In this document: positions 1-8,952 of the stretch, in pieces
Layout: the number at the start of each line of letters is the position of its first letter
Position numbering within the stretch: position 1 is the first letter of the stretch
NCBI GenBank assembly: GCA_016462185.1
Contig: JAEMTQ010000002.1
Location: 1 to 44,605 of the forward strand
DNA length: 44,605 bases
Source: Ilumatobacteraceae bacterium
GTDB taxonomy: Bacteria > Actinomycetota > Acidimicrobiia > Acidimicrobiales > Ilumatobacteraceae
Direction of reading: 5' to 3'
Notes under the pieces: generated by a model
What the model was told of the DNA's origin: nothing
Database searches by the model: none
The model's input: only the letters and a program-made list of their open reading frames with translations
Program-made: the position numbers and the translations under genes

Positions 1-66
1 CAAGATGTAACGAACAAGTTCTCTAGACGCAGTCACAGTGACCAAACGCTAGCAGGGGATCAATAT

Positions 67-1335
67 TCAGTCTTTTTGCGTGCCAACTTTGAGATCGCGA
101 AATGCTGACTTCGAGTCGATGCCAACATCTTTTGGCAATCCGAGCACACGCTCACCAACGATGTTGCGCATCACTTCGTCTGAACCACCGGCAATTCTCA
201 TACCTGGAGCGCCAAGCAACAACTGACTCCAAGCAAATGTTCCCCATTCGCCAGTGTCGGCTTGAAGTTTGCTGCCAAGCACGAGCGAGAGAAAATCGTT
301 CATTCGCTTTTGGTTGTCGACAAGAGCCATCTTGGCAATTGACATCTCGGGCCCAGGTGTTTGGCCAGCGCGAATTTTGTCCATTGCTCGCTGATTGTTA
401 TATCCCGCAACTTTCGTGCGAATAAAAAGATCTGCCATTTTTTCGCGCACGATCGGATCATTAGTCATGCCAAAGTGGTGCACCATTGCCTGCAGTTTTG
501 TAAAGATCGAAGTCTCGCCACCACTTGCTGTGCCAATTGCAGCGCGCTCGTTCATCAAGGTCGTCAACGCAACACCCCAACCGTTGTTAACTTCGCCGAG
601 TCTGTAACTATCTGGAATTCGAACTTCGTTGAAGAACACTTCGTTGAAACTTGCACCACCAGTCATCTGCCGCAACGGACGAATCTCGACACCTGGCGCG
701 TGCATGTCAACAATGAAACCGGTTAATCCTTTGTGCTTTGGCAAACTTGCGTCAGTTCGACAAATCACTTCGCCAATGTCGCTGTATTGCGCACCTGACG
801 TCCAAACTTTTTGACCGGTCACAACCCATTCTTCACCGTCACGTTCGGCTTTCATTTGCAAAGATGCAAGGTCGCTGCCGGCGCCTGGTTCAGAGAACAA
901 CTGACAGGCAACAATGTCGGCACGCCACATCGCCCGCAGAAACTTTTCGCGCGCAAGGTCGCTCGCGTGTGCCAAAATCGTTGGCGCAACCATGCCCAAA
1001 CCAATTTGAAAAATTGATTGGTTTGTAACTTTGAATTGCGCCTCTACTTTGCCGTAAGCCTTCTCGAATTCATTGGATAATCCACGACCGCCATATTGCA
1101 CGGGCCCCGTGATCCACCCAAAGCCCGCATCAAACTTTTGTTGACGCCACTTCTTTGCTCGAGCCACAACTTCTTGTTCAGACTCTTTGGAGCGTTCTTC
1201 AAACATTGAAACGTTGTCTGATCCTTCGCCCCATACGAAAGCCTTTTTTGATTCGCGCGGTTCAGCGTTGGCAGCCAAAAACTTGTGGGCATCAGCCGTG
1301 AATTGTTCAATCGTGATTTTTTCGTCAGTCGCCAT
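67..1335 (-). CDS. acyl-CoA dehydrogenase family protein
   Basis: Part of ORF 67..1455(-). It carries the ACAD signature LFSEPGAGSDLAS and the C-terminal GGSDEVMRNIVGERVLGLP. I trimmed the start to the ATG at 1335 (MATDEKITIEQF...), because the 40 upstream codons look non-coding and run into the divergent intergenic region. Confidence 0.85.
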   Translation of the reverse strand: MATDEKITIEQFTADAHKFLAANAEPRESKKAFVWGEGSDNVSMFEERSKESEQEVVARAKKWRQQKFDAGFGWITGPVQYGGRGLSNEFEKAYGKVEAQFKVTNQSIFQIGLGMVAPTILAHASDLAREKFLRAMWRADIVACQLFSEPGAGSDLASLQMKAERDGEEWVVTGQKVWTSGAQYSDIGEVICRTDASLPKHKGLTGFIVDMHAPGVEIRPLRQMTGGASFNEVFFNEVRIPDSYRLGEVNNGWGVALTTLMNERAAIGTASGGETSIFTKLQAMVHHFGMTNDPIVREKMADLFIRTKVAGYNNQRAMDKIRAGQTPGPEMSIAKMALVDNQKRMNDFLSLVLGSKLQADTGEWGTFAWSQLLLGAPGMRIAGGSDEVMRNIVGERVLGLPKDVGIDSKSAFRDLKVGTQKD

Positions 1336-1392
1336 GTAAATAACCGTACTTGTCAAGAGTCGTTTTGGCGAAGATGAGAGAAGCCTCAAAAC

Positions 1393-1884
1393 GTGCATCT
1401 CAGCCGAGTTTTGACTAGTCTGCCTCGGGTGGGTCAGCCAGTAGATGTCAAACAATCAGCAGCCGGTGTGGCTGGTCGCATTCGATTTGAACTGAATCGC
1501 ACCCTTACTGGTCAAGGTCACGAAAAATTCACAAGCGCCAGCCAAGCAATCGGCCCGCGCCCCGCAGCAGAATTAGCGCGCCGACTATTTAATAGTGGCT
1601 CTGTTGTCGGTGTGCACGTGTTTGCCAACATCGTCACAGTTGATCTTTTGCCCGGCTCACGCGACAGCGATCTGGCCCAAATCATCACTGACCTGCACCA
1701 ATATTGGAAACCCGGAATGAAGCCGCCAACCGTTGAAGAATTGATGGCTCAAGTCGCGCCAGCAGTAGTCGAAGCCCCGAGCGCCGATGGTGCAGCGCCA
1801 CAATTAAGCGCCGCCGAAAAACTCATCCCGCCACATTTGCTGGCCAGAAGCAAAGCCGCACGAAGTAAGGCTCAATCTTCATAG
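1393..1884 (+). CDS. conserved hypothetical protein, possibly NifU/Nfu N-terminal-domain-like, with an Ala/Pro-rich C-terminal tail
   Basis: ORF 1393..1884 with a GTG start; an alternative GTG lies at 1429. The central block SGSVVGVHVFANIVTVDLLPG...W resembles actinobacterial Nfu_N-type proteins. The function is weakly supported. Confidence 0.45.
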   Translation: MHLSRVLTSLPRVGQPVDVKQSAAGVAGRIRFELNRTLTGQGHEKFTSASQAIGPRPAAELARRLFNSGSVVGVHVFANIVTVDLLPGSRDSDLAQIITDLHQYWKPGMKPPTVEELMAQVAPAVVEAPSADGAAPQLSAAEKLIPPHLLARSKAARSKAQSS

Positions 1885-1951
1885 TCGCGCGCAGTAAGGC
1901 TCAATCTTCATAGCCGCACGAAGCAAGGCTCAAGCTAAATAACTGAAATAG
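1856..1951. repeat. 29-nt tandem repeat: two near-perfect units plus one degenerate unit, duplicating the 3' end and TAG stop of the upstream gene
   Basis: The 21-nt core AGTAAGGCTCAATCTTCATAG occurs at 1864..1884 and 1893..1913. A third copy starts at 1922 and matches 16 of 21 positions. CCGCACG is repeated at the unit boundaries (1856, 1914, 1952). Confidence 0.85.
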
Positions 1952-1968
1952 CCGCACGCATAGCTAGT

Positions 1969-1984
1969 GCGAACATATGTTCGC
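1969..1984. promoter_or_regulatory. LexA operator (SOS box) upstream of imuA'
   Basis: GCGAACATATGTTCGC is a perfect palindrome. It matches the Gram-positive/actinobacterial CGAAC-N4-GTTCG consensus and ends 12 nt before the imuA' ATG. Confidence 0.75.
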
Positions 1985-1996
1985 TACAGTGCAGGC

Positions 1997-2644
1997 ATGA
2001 AGTTATTGGTCCCCAAAACCCTCGCGGTCAAACATTTAGTTTTTGAAAAACAACTTTTAGAAAATTTCGCCGTCAGCGATGAGGTTCGTTCGCTGTTGCC
2101 CGACTCAGGTCTAGTTCGTGGACGAATTGTGCGTTGCTGTGGTGACGCCGCCGCATCGCTCGCGCTTTCACTTTGCGCAAGGGCATCGCAGCAAGGTTCA
2201 TGGCTCGGTGTTGTCGGTCTGAGTCATCTCGGCATTTCTTGTGCTGTCGAACATGGTGTGGCACTTGAGCGAATGGTGTTTGTGCATCCACCCGATACAT
2301 CTCGCGATTGGTCGACAACTATGGCTGCGGTGATCGACGGTTTTGATTTATTGATAGTCGCAGTTCCCGAAAAACTTTCGGTTGCTGATGCCAGGCGAGT
2401 GCAAGCCCGTTTGCAATCTCGTCGTTCGGTGATGATCATCGTTGATAGTTCAACGCTGACTCAGTCAAGTTTTTCTAACGACACGCATCCATTTCACGCT
2501 GACGTCGTTTTAGACACCAAAACAAAAAGTTGGAGCGGTATCGACAAAGGTTCTGGCTATCTGCAACGTCGCGAAGTTGCGATCAAAGTTAGTGGTCGTC
2601 GGGTTCCCCGCATGCAAGAACACCTAGTCACTTGTAACTACTAA
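1997..2644 (+). CDS. imuA': ImuA'-like SOS cassette protein (degenerate RecA/SulA-like fold)
   Basis: Part of ORF 1967..2644. I moved the start to the ATG at 1997 because the track start lies inside the LexA box. The segment GLVRGRIVRCCGDAAASLALSL...GSWLGVVGL is typical of ImuA/ImuA'. The gene sits directly upstream of imuB, with its stop 1 nt before the imuB start. Confidence 0.7.
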   Translation: MKLLVPKTLAVKHLVFEKQLLENFAVSDEVRSLLPDSGLVRGRIVRCCGDAAASLALSLCARASQQGSWLGVVGLSHLGISCAVEHGVALERMVFVHPPDTSRDWSTTMAAVIDGFDLLIVAVPEKLSVADARRVQARLQSRRSVMIIVDSSTLTQSSFSNDTHPFHADVVLDTKTKSWSGIDKGSGYLQRREVAIKVSGRRVPRMQEHLVTCNY

Positions 2645-2645
2645 A

Positions 2646-4253
2646 TTGCTCGCGCCAAAACGCTTAGCGGTGTTGCGCTGTCTCGACTGGTCGGCAGTAG
2701 TGGCAGCAAAAACTTCAAATAGTCCATGCGCTGTGATGCACGCACAACGAGTTGTTTCACGCTCTGTTTTGGCAATGCGTTATGGCGTTCAAGTAGGTAT
2801 GCGTCGCCGTCACGCTCAAGCGTTATGTCCCGATCTTGAAATCGCAGCATTCGAACCCAACCGTGACCGACGCGCCTTCAACACGATCGTGCGCGCGGTA
2901 AGCGAAATAGTTCCGCTTATAGAGGTCAGCGAACCAGGTGTAATTGTGTTTGCGGCGCGTGGACCATCTCGATATTTTGGTGGCGATGAGCCAATGGCTA
3001 AAAAAGTTATGCAGATTCTGCAAACTTCAATTGTTGCGGATTCTCAGTTTGGCATCGGTGTGGCCGACAGTCGTTTGGCTGCTCACATTGCGGCACGTAT
3101 CAGTGCTGAAACTAAAACAGCGTTTTTAGTTGAGCCAGATCAGACACGACTCTGGCTCGCACCCCAAACGGTGAGAGTTTTAAGCGAGTTCGCCAACGTC
3201 AGTCGCGAAACCATATCGCTACTCGAGCGACTCGGGTTGAACACATTGCAAGATGTCTGCAAACTAGGCGAGTCAGTTTTAGCCGGCAGGTTCGGTGAGT
3301 TGGGCGTTGAGTTGCACCGTCTGGCGCGCGGCGATGAGCAACATCCACTTGCCGCAATCGCACCACCGCCCGCGCACCTTTGTTTAAGAGTGTTCGAAGA
3401 ACCGATCAACGATCAGCAAACACTGCTGAACAACATCAAAGTTATGGCTGGCGAATTCAGCGAATACTTCTCGCAACAAGGTGCGGTTTGCGTTCGCGTA
3501 ATCATCAAATTCGAATCAGAGTCAGGTGATCGTTTAGAAAGACTCTGGTATCGGCCCCAGGGTTTGACTGCCACGACAATTCTTGAAAGCGCAAAATGGC
3601 AGATTGAAAGCTGGTTAGTCAACGAATCAATTCATATCCAGATAACTCAAGTGCAACTGATCGCCGATGAAGTGCGCACAGATACTGCGCGTCAACTCAA
3701 GTTGTGGGGTGGTGTAACACAAACTGATGAGACAGCAACGCAAGCCATCAATCGCTTAACCGAGTTGCTCGGTTCAAGCTCGGTGCAACGAGTCAAGTGG
3801 CAAGGTGGTCGAGATCTGCAAGATAACTATCAACTTGTAGCCGCATCACAGATACAAGCAAGCAATCTTGCACCAGAAATTTTGATGTCAGCAACAACTC
3901 AGCAGTCAAAGTGGCGCGGGTCTCTGCCGACTCCATCGCCAAGTGTTGTTTACTCTGACCTAGTTGTTGTTCAGGTCACAGATAAAGATAAAAACTTGTT
4001 GCGCGTCAGTGCCCGCCACGAATTGAGTGCCGAGCCTGCTTATTTATTAATCAACAAAACTTGTTGCAAAATTATTTCTTGGGCTGGACCATGGCCAGTT
4101 GAAGAAAAGTGGTGGGATATCACTCGCAGTCGACGACTGGTTCGATTACAAGTTGTGGTTGAAAAAATTCTGCCTGACGGTTCATCGCAGATTCAAGCGT
4201 TGTTGGTCGCACTTGAACACGGCGAGTGGAGCATCGCAGCAATCTACGGCTAG
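2646..4253 (+). CDS. imuB: ImuB, Y-family DNA-polymerase-like accessory protein
   Basis: ORF of 535 aa with a TTG start. The N-terminal RLAVLRCLDWSAVVAA and the Y-family palm/fingers-like region followed by a long C-terminal extension fit ImuB. It sits in cassette context with imuA' and dnaE2. Confidence 0.85.
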   Translation: MLAPKRLAVLRCLDWSAVVAAKTSNSPCAVMHAQRVVSRSVLAMRYGVQVGMRRRHAQALCPDLEIAAFEPNRDRRAFNTIVRAVSEIVPLIEVSEPGVIVFAARGPSRYFGGDEPMAKKVMQILQTSIVADSQFGIGVADSRLAAHIAARISAETKTAFLVEPDQTRLWLAPQTVRVLSEFANVSRETISLLERLGLNTLQDVCKLGESVLAGRFGELGVELHRLARGDEQHPLAAIAPPPAHLCLRVFEEPINDQQTLLNNIKVMAGEFSEYFSQQGAVCVRVIIKFESESGDRLERLWYRPQGLTATTILESAKWQIESWLVNESIHIQITQVQLIADEVRTDTARQLKLWGGVTQTDETATQAINRLTELLGSSSVQRVKWQGGRDLQDNYQLVAASQIQASNLAPEILMSATTQQSKWRGSLPTPSPSVVYSDLVVVQVTDKDKNLLRVSARHELSAEPAYLLINKTCCKIISWAGPWPVEEKWWDITRSRRLVRLQVVVEKILPDGSSQIQALLVALEHGEWSIAAIYG

Positions 4254-4279
4254 TTACTTGGCAAGATATTGTGCAGATC

Positions 4280-4837
4280 ATGGTTTCTGACTTTGGCCTT
4301 GAGTATGTCAAAAACTTTTGCGTGCTGTTGGCGAGTCACGAGCCTGTTGATGATCGCGAACGCGAGTCAATCAAAACTTTTCTTCAACTAGCTCCAACTC
4401 TGAGTGCTCCATTTGATGAACACAGTGACCCGACTCACATCACCGCATCAGCAATCGTTGTTGGCGATCGCGGTGTTGTCTTGCACCTGCACAAGCGACT
4501 TAACATGTGGCTTCAACCCGGTGGACACATCGACGCCAACGAGTTAATCCAAGATGCGGCGATGCGTGAGGCCAGAGAAGAAACCGGTTTAGAACTTCAA
4601 CATTTTGGTCAGGTAGGCGACACGCCGAAATTTATTCACCTTGATGTTCACCCTGGGCCGCGCGGTCACACGCACTTAGATGTTCGATTTTTGTTGTGGG
4701 CCACAAACGAGAATTTTGCTCCGGCTGCAGGCGAGAGCCAGCAAGTGAAATGGTTTAGTTATGAAGATGCATTGCGCGCATCTGAAGATGGTGCTCGCGG
4801 TGCGATTCGCGTCGCCCGCCGACTCGTTCAAAAGTAA
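4280..4837 (+). CDS. NUDIX hydrolase
   Basis: The Nudix box is intact: GGHIDANELIQDAAMREAREETGLE fits GX5EX7REUXEEXGU. Alternative starts are GTG 4226 (overlapping imuB) and GTG 4271. I chose the ATG at 4280. Confidence 0.85.
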   Translation: MVSDFGLEYVKNFCVLLASHEPVDDRERESIKTFLQLAPTLSAPFDEHSDPTHITASAIVVGDRGVVLHLHKRLNMWLQPGGHIDANELIQDAAMREAREETGLELQHFGQVGDTPKFIHLDVHPGPRGHTHLDVRFLLWATNENFAPAAGESQQVKWFSYEDALRASEDGARGAIRVARRLVQK

Positions 4838-4864
4838 CCAGCAAAACAGTCTCTAATGTTATAA

Positions 4865-4880
4865 GCGAACATATGTTCGC
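4865..4880. promoter_or_regulatory. LexA operator (SOS box) upstream of dnaE2
   Basis: GCGAACATATGTTCGC is identical to the box at 1969..1984, and the identity extends to 19 nt (GCGAACATATGTTCGCTAC). It ends 13 nt before the ATG at 4894. Confidence 0.75.
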
Positions 4881-4893
4881 TACGCTAAGGCTA

Positions 4894-7800
4894 ATGGTCG
4901 AGTATGCCGAGCTGCACTGTCGGTCAAACTTCTCGTTTTTATACGGGGCTTCGCACCCCGAACAACTTGTTGAGTCGGCAGTTCACAATCAGTTGAGTGC
5001 GCTCGCACTCACAGATCGCAACGGTCTTTACGGCGTTGTGAAGTTCGCTCAAGCCTCGCGCACATTTGGTTTGCCAACTTTGTTTGGCGCAGAACTCTCG
5101 TGCTCAAACAAAAACAGTTCTAATAGCGAAACCGACGCGCACATTGTTTTAATTGCTGATGGTCCATCTGGGTATTCGCGACTTTCGCATGCGATCACAC
5201 TTGGTCAATTCGCAGGCTCAAAATCTGCGCCAGTTTTCAGCACGACAAAAATCGCCGAGTCGCTAAACGACACATGCTGGGTTCTCACTGGCGCCAATGG
5301 TGGCATCATCAATCAAGCACTTGAACAACACGGCCCAGAAGTTGCATCGCGTCGATTGCAAAAACTAGTCAGTGAATTCGGTCGTCATCGCGTGTTGGTC
5401 GAACTATGTGATCATGGCGACCCGCTTGATTCGACTCGCAATGATGCACTCGTGCAGATAGCAATGCGCAACAACGTGCAGTGCATCGCAACCAATGACG
5501 TCAGCTATGCGTCGCTGCGTGAGCATCGATTAGCTGTTGCACTAGCGGCAGTCAGACAGCGCACAAGTCTTGATGAGATTGACGCTCACTTGCCAGCAGC
5601 ACCAAGCGCATATATACGTAGCGCCAAAGAGCAGCTTCGGCGCTTTGGTCGCTATCCGGGGGTTGTTGAACTGACAAGCGAAATTGCCAAGTCTTCGGCG
5701 TTTGATTTGTCTTTAGTGGCACCAAAACTTCCGCCATTTGTTTGCCCAGACGGCCTAGATGAAATCTCATATTTGCGGTTGCTGGCCGAACAAGGTGCGA
5801 CTCGTCGTTATGGCTCGCGGCCTTCAAACAATCTTGAAGATCTTTCATTACGGGCAAGAGCTTGGAAGACGATTGATCACGAGTTAGATGTCATTGAGCG
5901 ACTTGGTTTTGCCGGTTATTTTTTGGTCGTCTGGGACATCGTGCAGTTCTGTCAGCGCTCAAACATTTTTTGTCAGGGCCGTGGTAGTGCAGCCAACAGT
6001 GCAGTTTGTTTTGCCTTAGATGTAACCAAAGCCGACGCTGTTTCGCTTGGCTTATTGTTTGAGCGTTTTCTTTCGACAGAACGCGACGGGCCCCCTGACA
6101 TTGATATTGACATTGAGAGTGGTCGGCGTGAAGAAGTTATTCAATATGTTTTCAATCGCTACGACCGCCATCATGCCGCTCAGGTTGCCAACGTAATCAC
6201 GTATCGATCTCGTTCTGCAGTTCGCGATATGGCTAGGGCATTGGGTTTTGCGCCTGGTCAACAAGACGCATGGAGCAAACAAGTCGGCATGTTCGGTTCG
6301 CTTGCGAACTCTGAAAACACCGAGCACGAAATACCCGCACAGGTCGTAGATCTCGCGCGCCAAGTTTTAGATGCACCACGACATCTCGGCGTGCACTCTG
6401 GCGGCATGGTGATCTGCGATCGTCCAGTAAGCGAAGTTTGTCCGGTCGAGTGGGCACGCATGAAAGACCGCAGCGTCTTGCAGTGGGACAAAGACGACTG
6501 CGCCGCTATCGGCTTGGTCAAATTTGATTTACTCGGACTAGGCATGCTTTCGGCATTACACAACGCCGTAGATTTCATCGCCGAATTTCGCGGCAAGCAA
6601 ATTGATCTGGCCACAATCCCGCAAGAAGACGAGGTTTATTCGATGCTCTGTCGCGCCGACACCGTCGGTGTTTTTCAAATTGAGTCTCGCGCTCAAATGG
6701 CGACGCTGCCAAGGCTCAAGCCGCGTCGGTTTTACGACTTGGTTGTTGAAGTTGCGCTTATTCGCCCAGGTCCAATTCAAGGTGGCTCGGTTCACCCATA
6801 TATTCGTCGTCGCAATGGCCAAGAGCCAGTCACGTATTTGCATCCATTATTAGAAAATAGTTTGGGTAAAACCTTGGGTGTGCCGTTATTTCAAGAACAG
6901 TTGATGCAGATGGCAATCGATATCGCCGGCTTTACTCCCACTCAAGCCGACGAGTTGCGCCAAGCTATGGGTTCAAAGCGTTCGCAGATGCGCATGCAAA
7001 AACTTCGTCAGCGTCTGTATGACGGCATGGCGCAAAACAAAATCGTCGGCGCCGTGGCTGACGAAATTTTTGAAAAGATGCAAGCGTTTTCAAGTTATGG
7101 CTTTCCTGAGAGTCATTCAGTTTCGTTCGCCTATCTCGTCTACGCATCTTCTTGGATCAAATATCACGAGCCAACAGCGTTTTACGCGGCGCTATTGAAC
7201 GCCCAGCCGATGGGATTTTGGTCGCCGCACTCACTTGTGCAAGACGCGCGTCGACACGGGGTAGTCGTGTTGAGTCCAGACATAAACGCATCAACAGCCG
7301 GCGCGACTCTAGAGCCGCACACCGAGTCTGCCGGTGGGTTCGCGCTTCGACTCGGCATTTCTAGCGTGCGGGGCATTGGCGATGAACTTGCAAAAGCAAT
7401 TGCAGCAGCAAGACCTTTTACAAGCATGGAAGACCTAGTTCGTCGAGTGCCACAACTTAACTTGACACAAATTGAAACACTGGCAACATCCGGGGCGTAC
7501 ACGCAGTGTTTTGAAATTTCGCGTCGTGATGCACTTTGGTCTGCAGGTGCGGTGATTCAAAGTCGACCAGATCGACTAATGGGTGTGACTACCGGCAGCG
7601 ATTCGCCACAACTGCCGGGCATGCAGCCAGTCGAGCAATCAATTTGTGATCTTTGGTCAACTGGTATCTCAATAGATGGTCATCCGACTCAATTTGTGCG
7701 CAGTCAGTTAAGCAAACTTGGTGTGATCACGGCAAATGAACTGCCAAAAGTCGAAAGTGGCTCTCGAATATTTGTGGGCGGAGTAATCACACATCGCCAA

Positions 7801-8037
7801 CGGCCGTCTACTTCGCGCGGTGTTACATTTTTTAGCCTTGAAGACGAAACGGGCTTGATCAACGTCATTGTCTCGCAGGGTTGCTTTAAACGTTTTCGCT
7901 ATGTTGCAATGAATGCTTCAGCATTGCTTGTGCGCGGCAAAATTGAATCTTCGCAAGGCGTGGTGAACATCATCGCCGATCACTTGAGCGAGTTAAAAAT
8001 TGATGCCCGTGGTGTTGGTTCAAGAAACTTTCGCTAA
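4894..8037 (+). CDS. dnaE2: error-prone DNA polymerase III alpha subunit DnaE2
   Basis: Part of ORF 4873..8037. It has the PHP-domain start YAELHCRSNFSFLYGASHPEQL and a Pol III alpha core (GRGSAANSAVCFAL, KFDLLGLGMLS, VFQIESR). It has a C-terminal OB region and no tau/beta-binding tail. AAGG lies 4 nt before the ATG at 4894. The ATG at 4873 inside the LexA box is an alternative, leaderless start. Confidence 0.9.
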   Translation: MVEYAELHCRSNFSFLYGASHPEQLVESAVHNQLSALALTDRNGLYGVVKFAQASRTFGLPTLFGAELSCSNKNSSNSETDAHIVLIADGPSGYSRLSHAITLGQFAGSKSAPVFSTTKIAESLNDTCWVLTGANGGIINQALEQHGPEVASRRLQKLVSEFGRHRVLVELCDHGDPLDSTRNDALVQIAMRNNVQCIATNDVSYASLREHRLAVALAAVRQRTSLDEIDAHLPAAPSAYIRSAKEQLRRFGRYPGVVELTSEIAKSSAFDLSLVAPKLPPFVCPDGLDEISYLRLLAEQGATRRYGSRPSNNLEDLSLRARAWKTIDHELDVIERLGFAGYFLVVWDIVQFCQRSNIFCQGRGSAANSAVCFALDVTKADAVSLGLLFERFLSTERDGPPDIDIDIESGRREEVIQYVFNRYDRHHAAQVANVITYRSRSAVRDMARALGFAPGQQDAWSKQVGMFGSLANSENTEHEIPAQVVDLARQVLDAPRHLGVHSGGMVICDRPVSEVCPVEWARMKDRSVLQWDKDDCAAIGLVKFDLLGLGMLSALHNAVDFIAEFRGKQIDLATIPQEDEVYSMLCRADTVGVFQIESRAQMATLPRLKPRRFYDLVVEVALIRPGPIQGGSVHPYIRRRNGQEPVTYLHPLLENSLGKTLGVPLFQEQLMQMAIDIAGFTPTQADELRQAMGSKRSQMRMQKLRQRLYDGMAQNKIVGAVADEIFEKMQAFSSYGFPESHSVSFAYLVYASSWIKYHEPTAFYAALLNAQPMGFWSPHSLVQDARRHGVVVLSPDINASTAGATLEPHTESAGGFALRLGISSVRGIGDELAKAIAAARPFTSMEDLVRRVPQLNLTQIETLATSGAYTQCFEISRRDALWSAGAVIQSRPDRLMGVTTGSDSPQLPGMQPVEQSICDLWSTGISIDGHPTQFVRSQLSKLGVITANELPKVESGSRIFVGGVITHRQRPSTSRGVTFFSLEDETGLINVIVSQGCFKRFRYVAMNASALLVRGKIESSQGVVNIIADHLSELKIDARGVGSRNFR

Positions 8038-8646
8038 AGCAGCCGCAGCACCGAGTAAAACAAATACGACCCCAGCAACATATTGCTGAATGAAAGGCAA
8101 TGCTTTGCCCTTTACGAGAACTTCGCGTAACGAACTTGCCGTTAATGCATAAACACCGTCAATAACAAAACCGCAGAGCACGAATACTGAACCCAAAATC
8201 AGCGACTGTCGAGCGTTTGACGAGATATTCGGGTCAATAAATTGCGGCAAGAATGACAGAAAGAACAACGCAATTTTTGGATTCAATGTGTTGATGATGA
8301 AACCTTGGCGAAAAGCCTGCGATTGCGTCATTGAACTAGCTGATGTGCTTATCGCTTCGGGCTTGCGTGTCAAAGTGCGTAAGCCAATGAGTACGAGATA
8401 TGAAGCGCCAAGGTACTTGACGACATTGAATGCATTTTCGCTTGTCGCCAAGATCGCTGAAAGACCAACTGTTGCCGCCAAGACATGCATAAACGTGCCA
8501 AGTTCAAGTCCGACAACTGCGGCAAGTCCGATTTGTCGACCATCAGCAACACTTCGGTTGACGATGTAAATGACCGCCGGTCCAGGAATCACAAGTAGTG
8601 CCACCGATGCGACAGCAAAAGAAATCAGAGAATTTAGATCGGGCAC
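8020..8646 (-). CDS. LysE/RhtB family amino-acid exporter
   Basis: 208 aa with about six hydrophobic segments. The N-terminus FAVASVALLVIPGPAVIYIV is typical of the LysE/RhtB family. The start is GTG. Its 3' end overlaps the dnaE2 3' end by 18 nt in convergent orientation. Confidence 0.8.
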   Translation of the reverse strand: MPDLNSLISFAVASVALLVIPGPAVIYIVNRSVADGRQIGLAAVVGLELGTFMHVLAATVGLSAILATSENAFNVVKYLGASYLVLIGLRTLTRKPEAISTSASSMTQSQAFRQGFIINTLNPKIALFFLSFLPQFIDPNISSNARQSLILGSVFVLCGFVIDGVYALTASSLREVLVKGKALPFIQQYVAGVVFVLLGAAAALAKVS

Positions 8647-8952
8647 TTACTCGCTCGGCTGTTCGTTGAGTCCGTCGTTGAATTCGCGATACATCTCATA
8701 GATCTCTTTGCAGGCTTGGCACATTGGCAGTTGTTTCGGGTCGCGCGAAGGCACCCAAACATGGCCACAAAGCGCTTCGAGTGGCGTGCCATTGATTCGT
8801 GCCTCTAAAACTTTGGCGGCGGCAGATTCATCTTTTTCGGTCTTGACGATATGTGCGACTAGTGGCTTGCCGGTCTGTAGAACATGCTCAGTTTGACGGT
8901 CAATTGTCGTGCTTGGTGAAGTTTCAATTGTCGAGGACTGCACGGAGAACAC
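8647..8952 (-). CDS. DUF3039-type conserved actinobacterial protein
   Basis: The segment LCGHVWVPSRDPKQLPMCQACKEIY matches my recollection of the DUF3039 signature. Its TAA stop abuts the GTG of the LysE gene. Confidence 0.6.
   Translation of the reverse strand: MFSVQSSTIETSPSTTIDRQTEHVLQTGKPLVAHIVKTEKDESAAAKVLEARINGTPLEALCGHVWVPSRDPKQLPMCQACKEIYEMYREFNDGLNEQPSE

Noticed and set aside
1336-1455. The 40-codon N-terminal extension of the acyl-CoA dehydrogenase ORF.
   Set aside because: It would overlap the start of the divergent gene at 1393. MATDEKITIEQF is a plausible native N-terminus, and the upstream residues look non-coding.
4873-4893. The ATG inside the LexA palindrome as the dnaE2 start (track ORF start).
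   Set aside because: I did not exclude it, since a leaderless mRNA is possible. The ATG at 4894 has an AAGG 4 nt upstream and gives the usual N-terminus immediately before YAELH. I keep 4873 as an alternative only.
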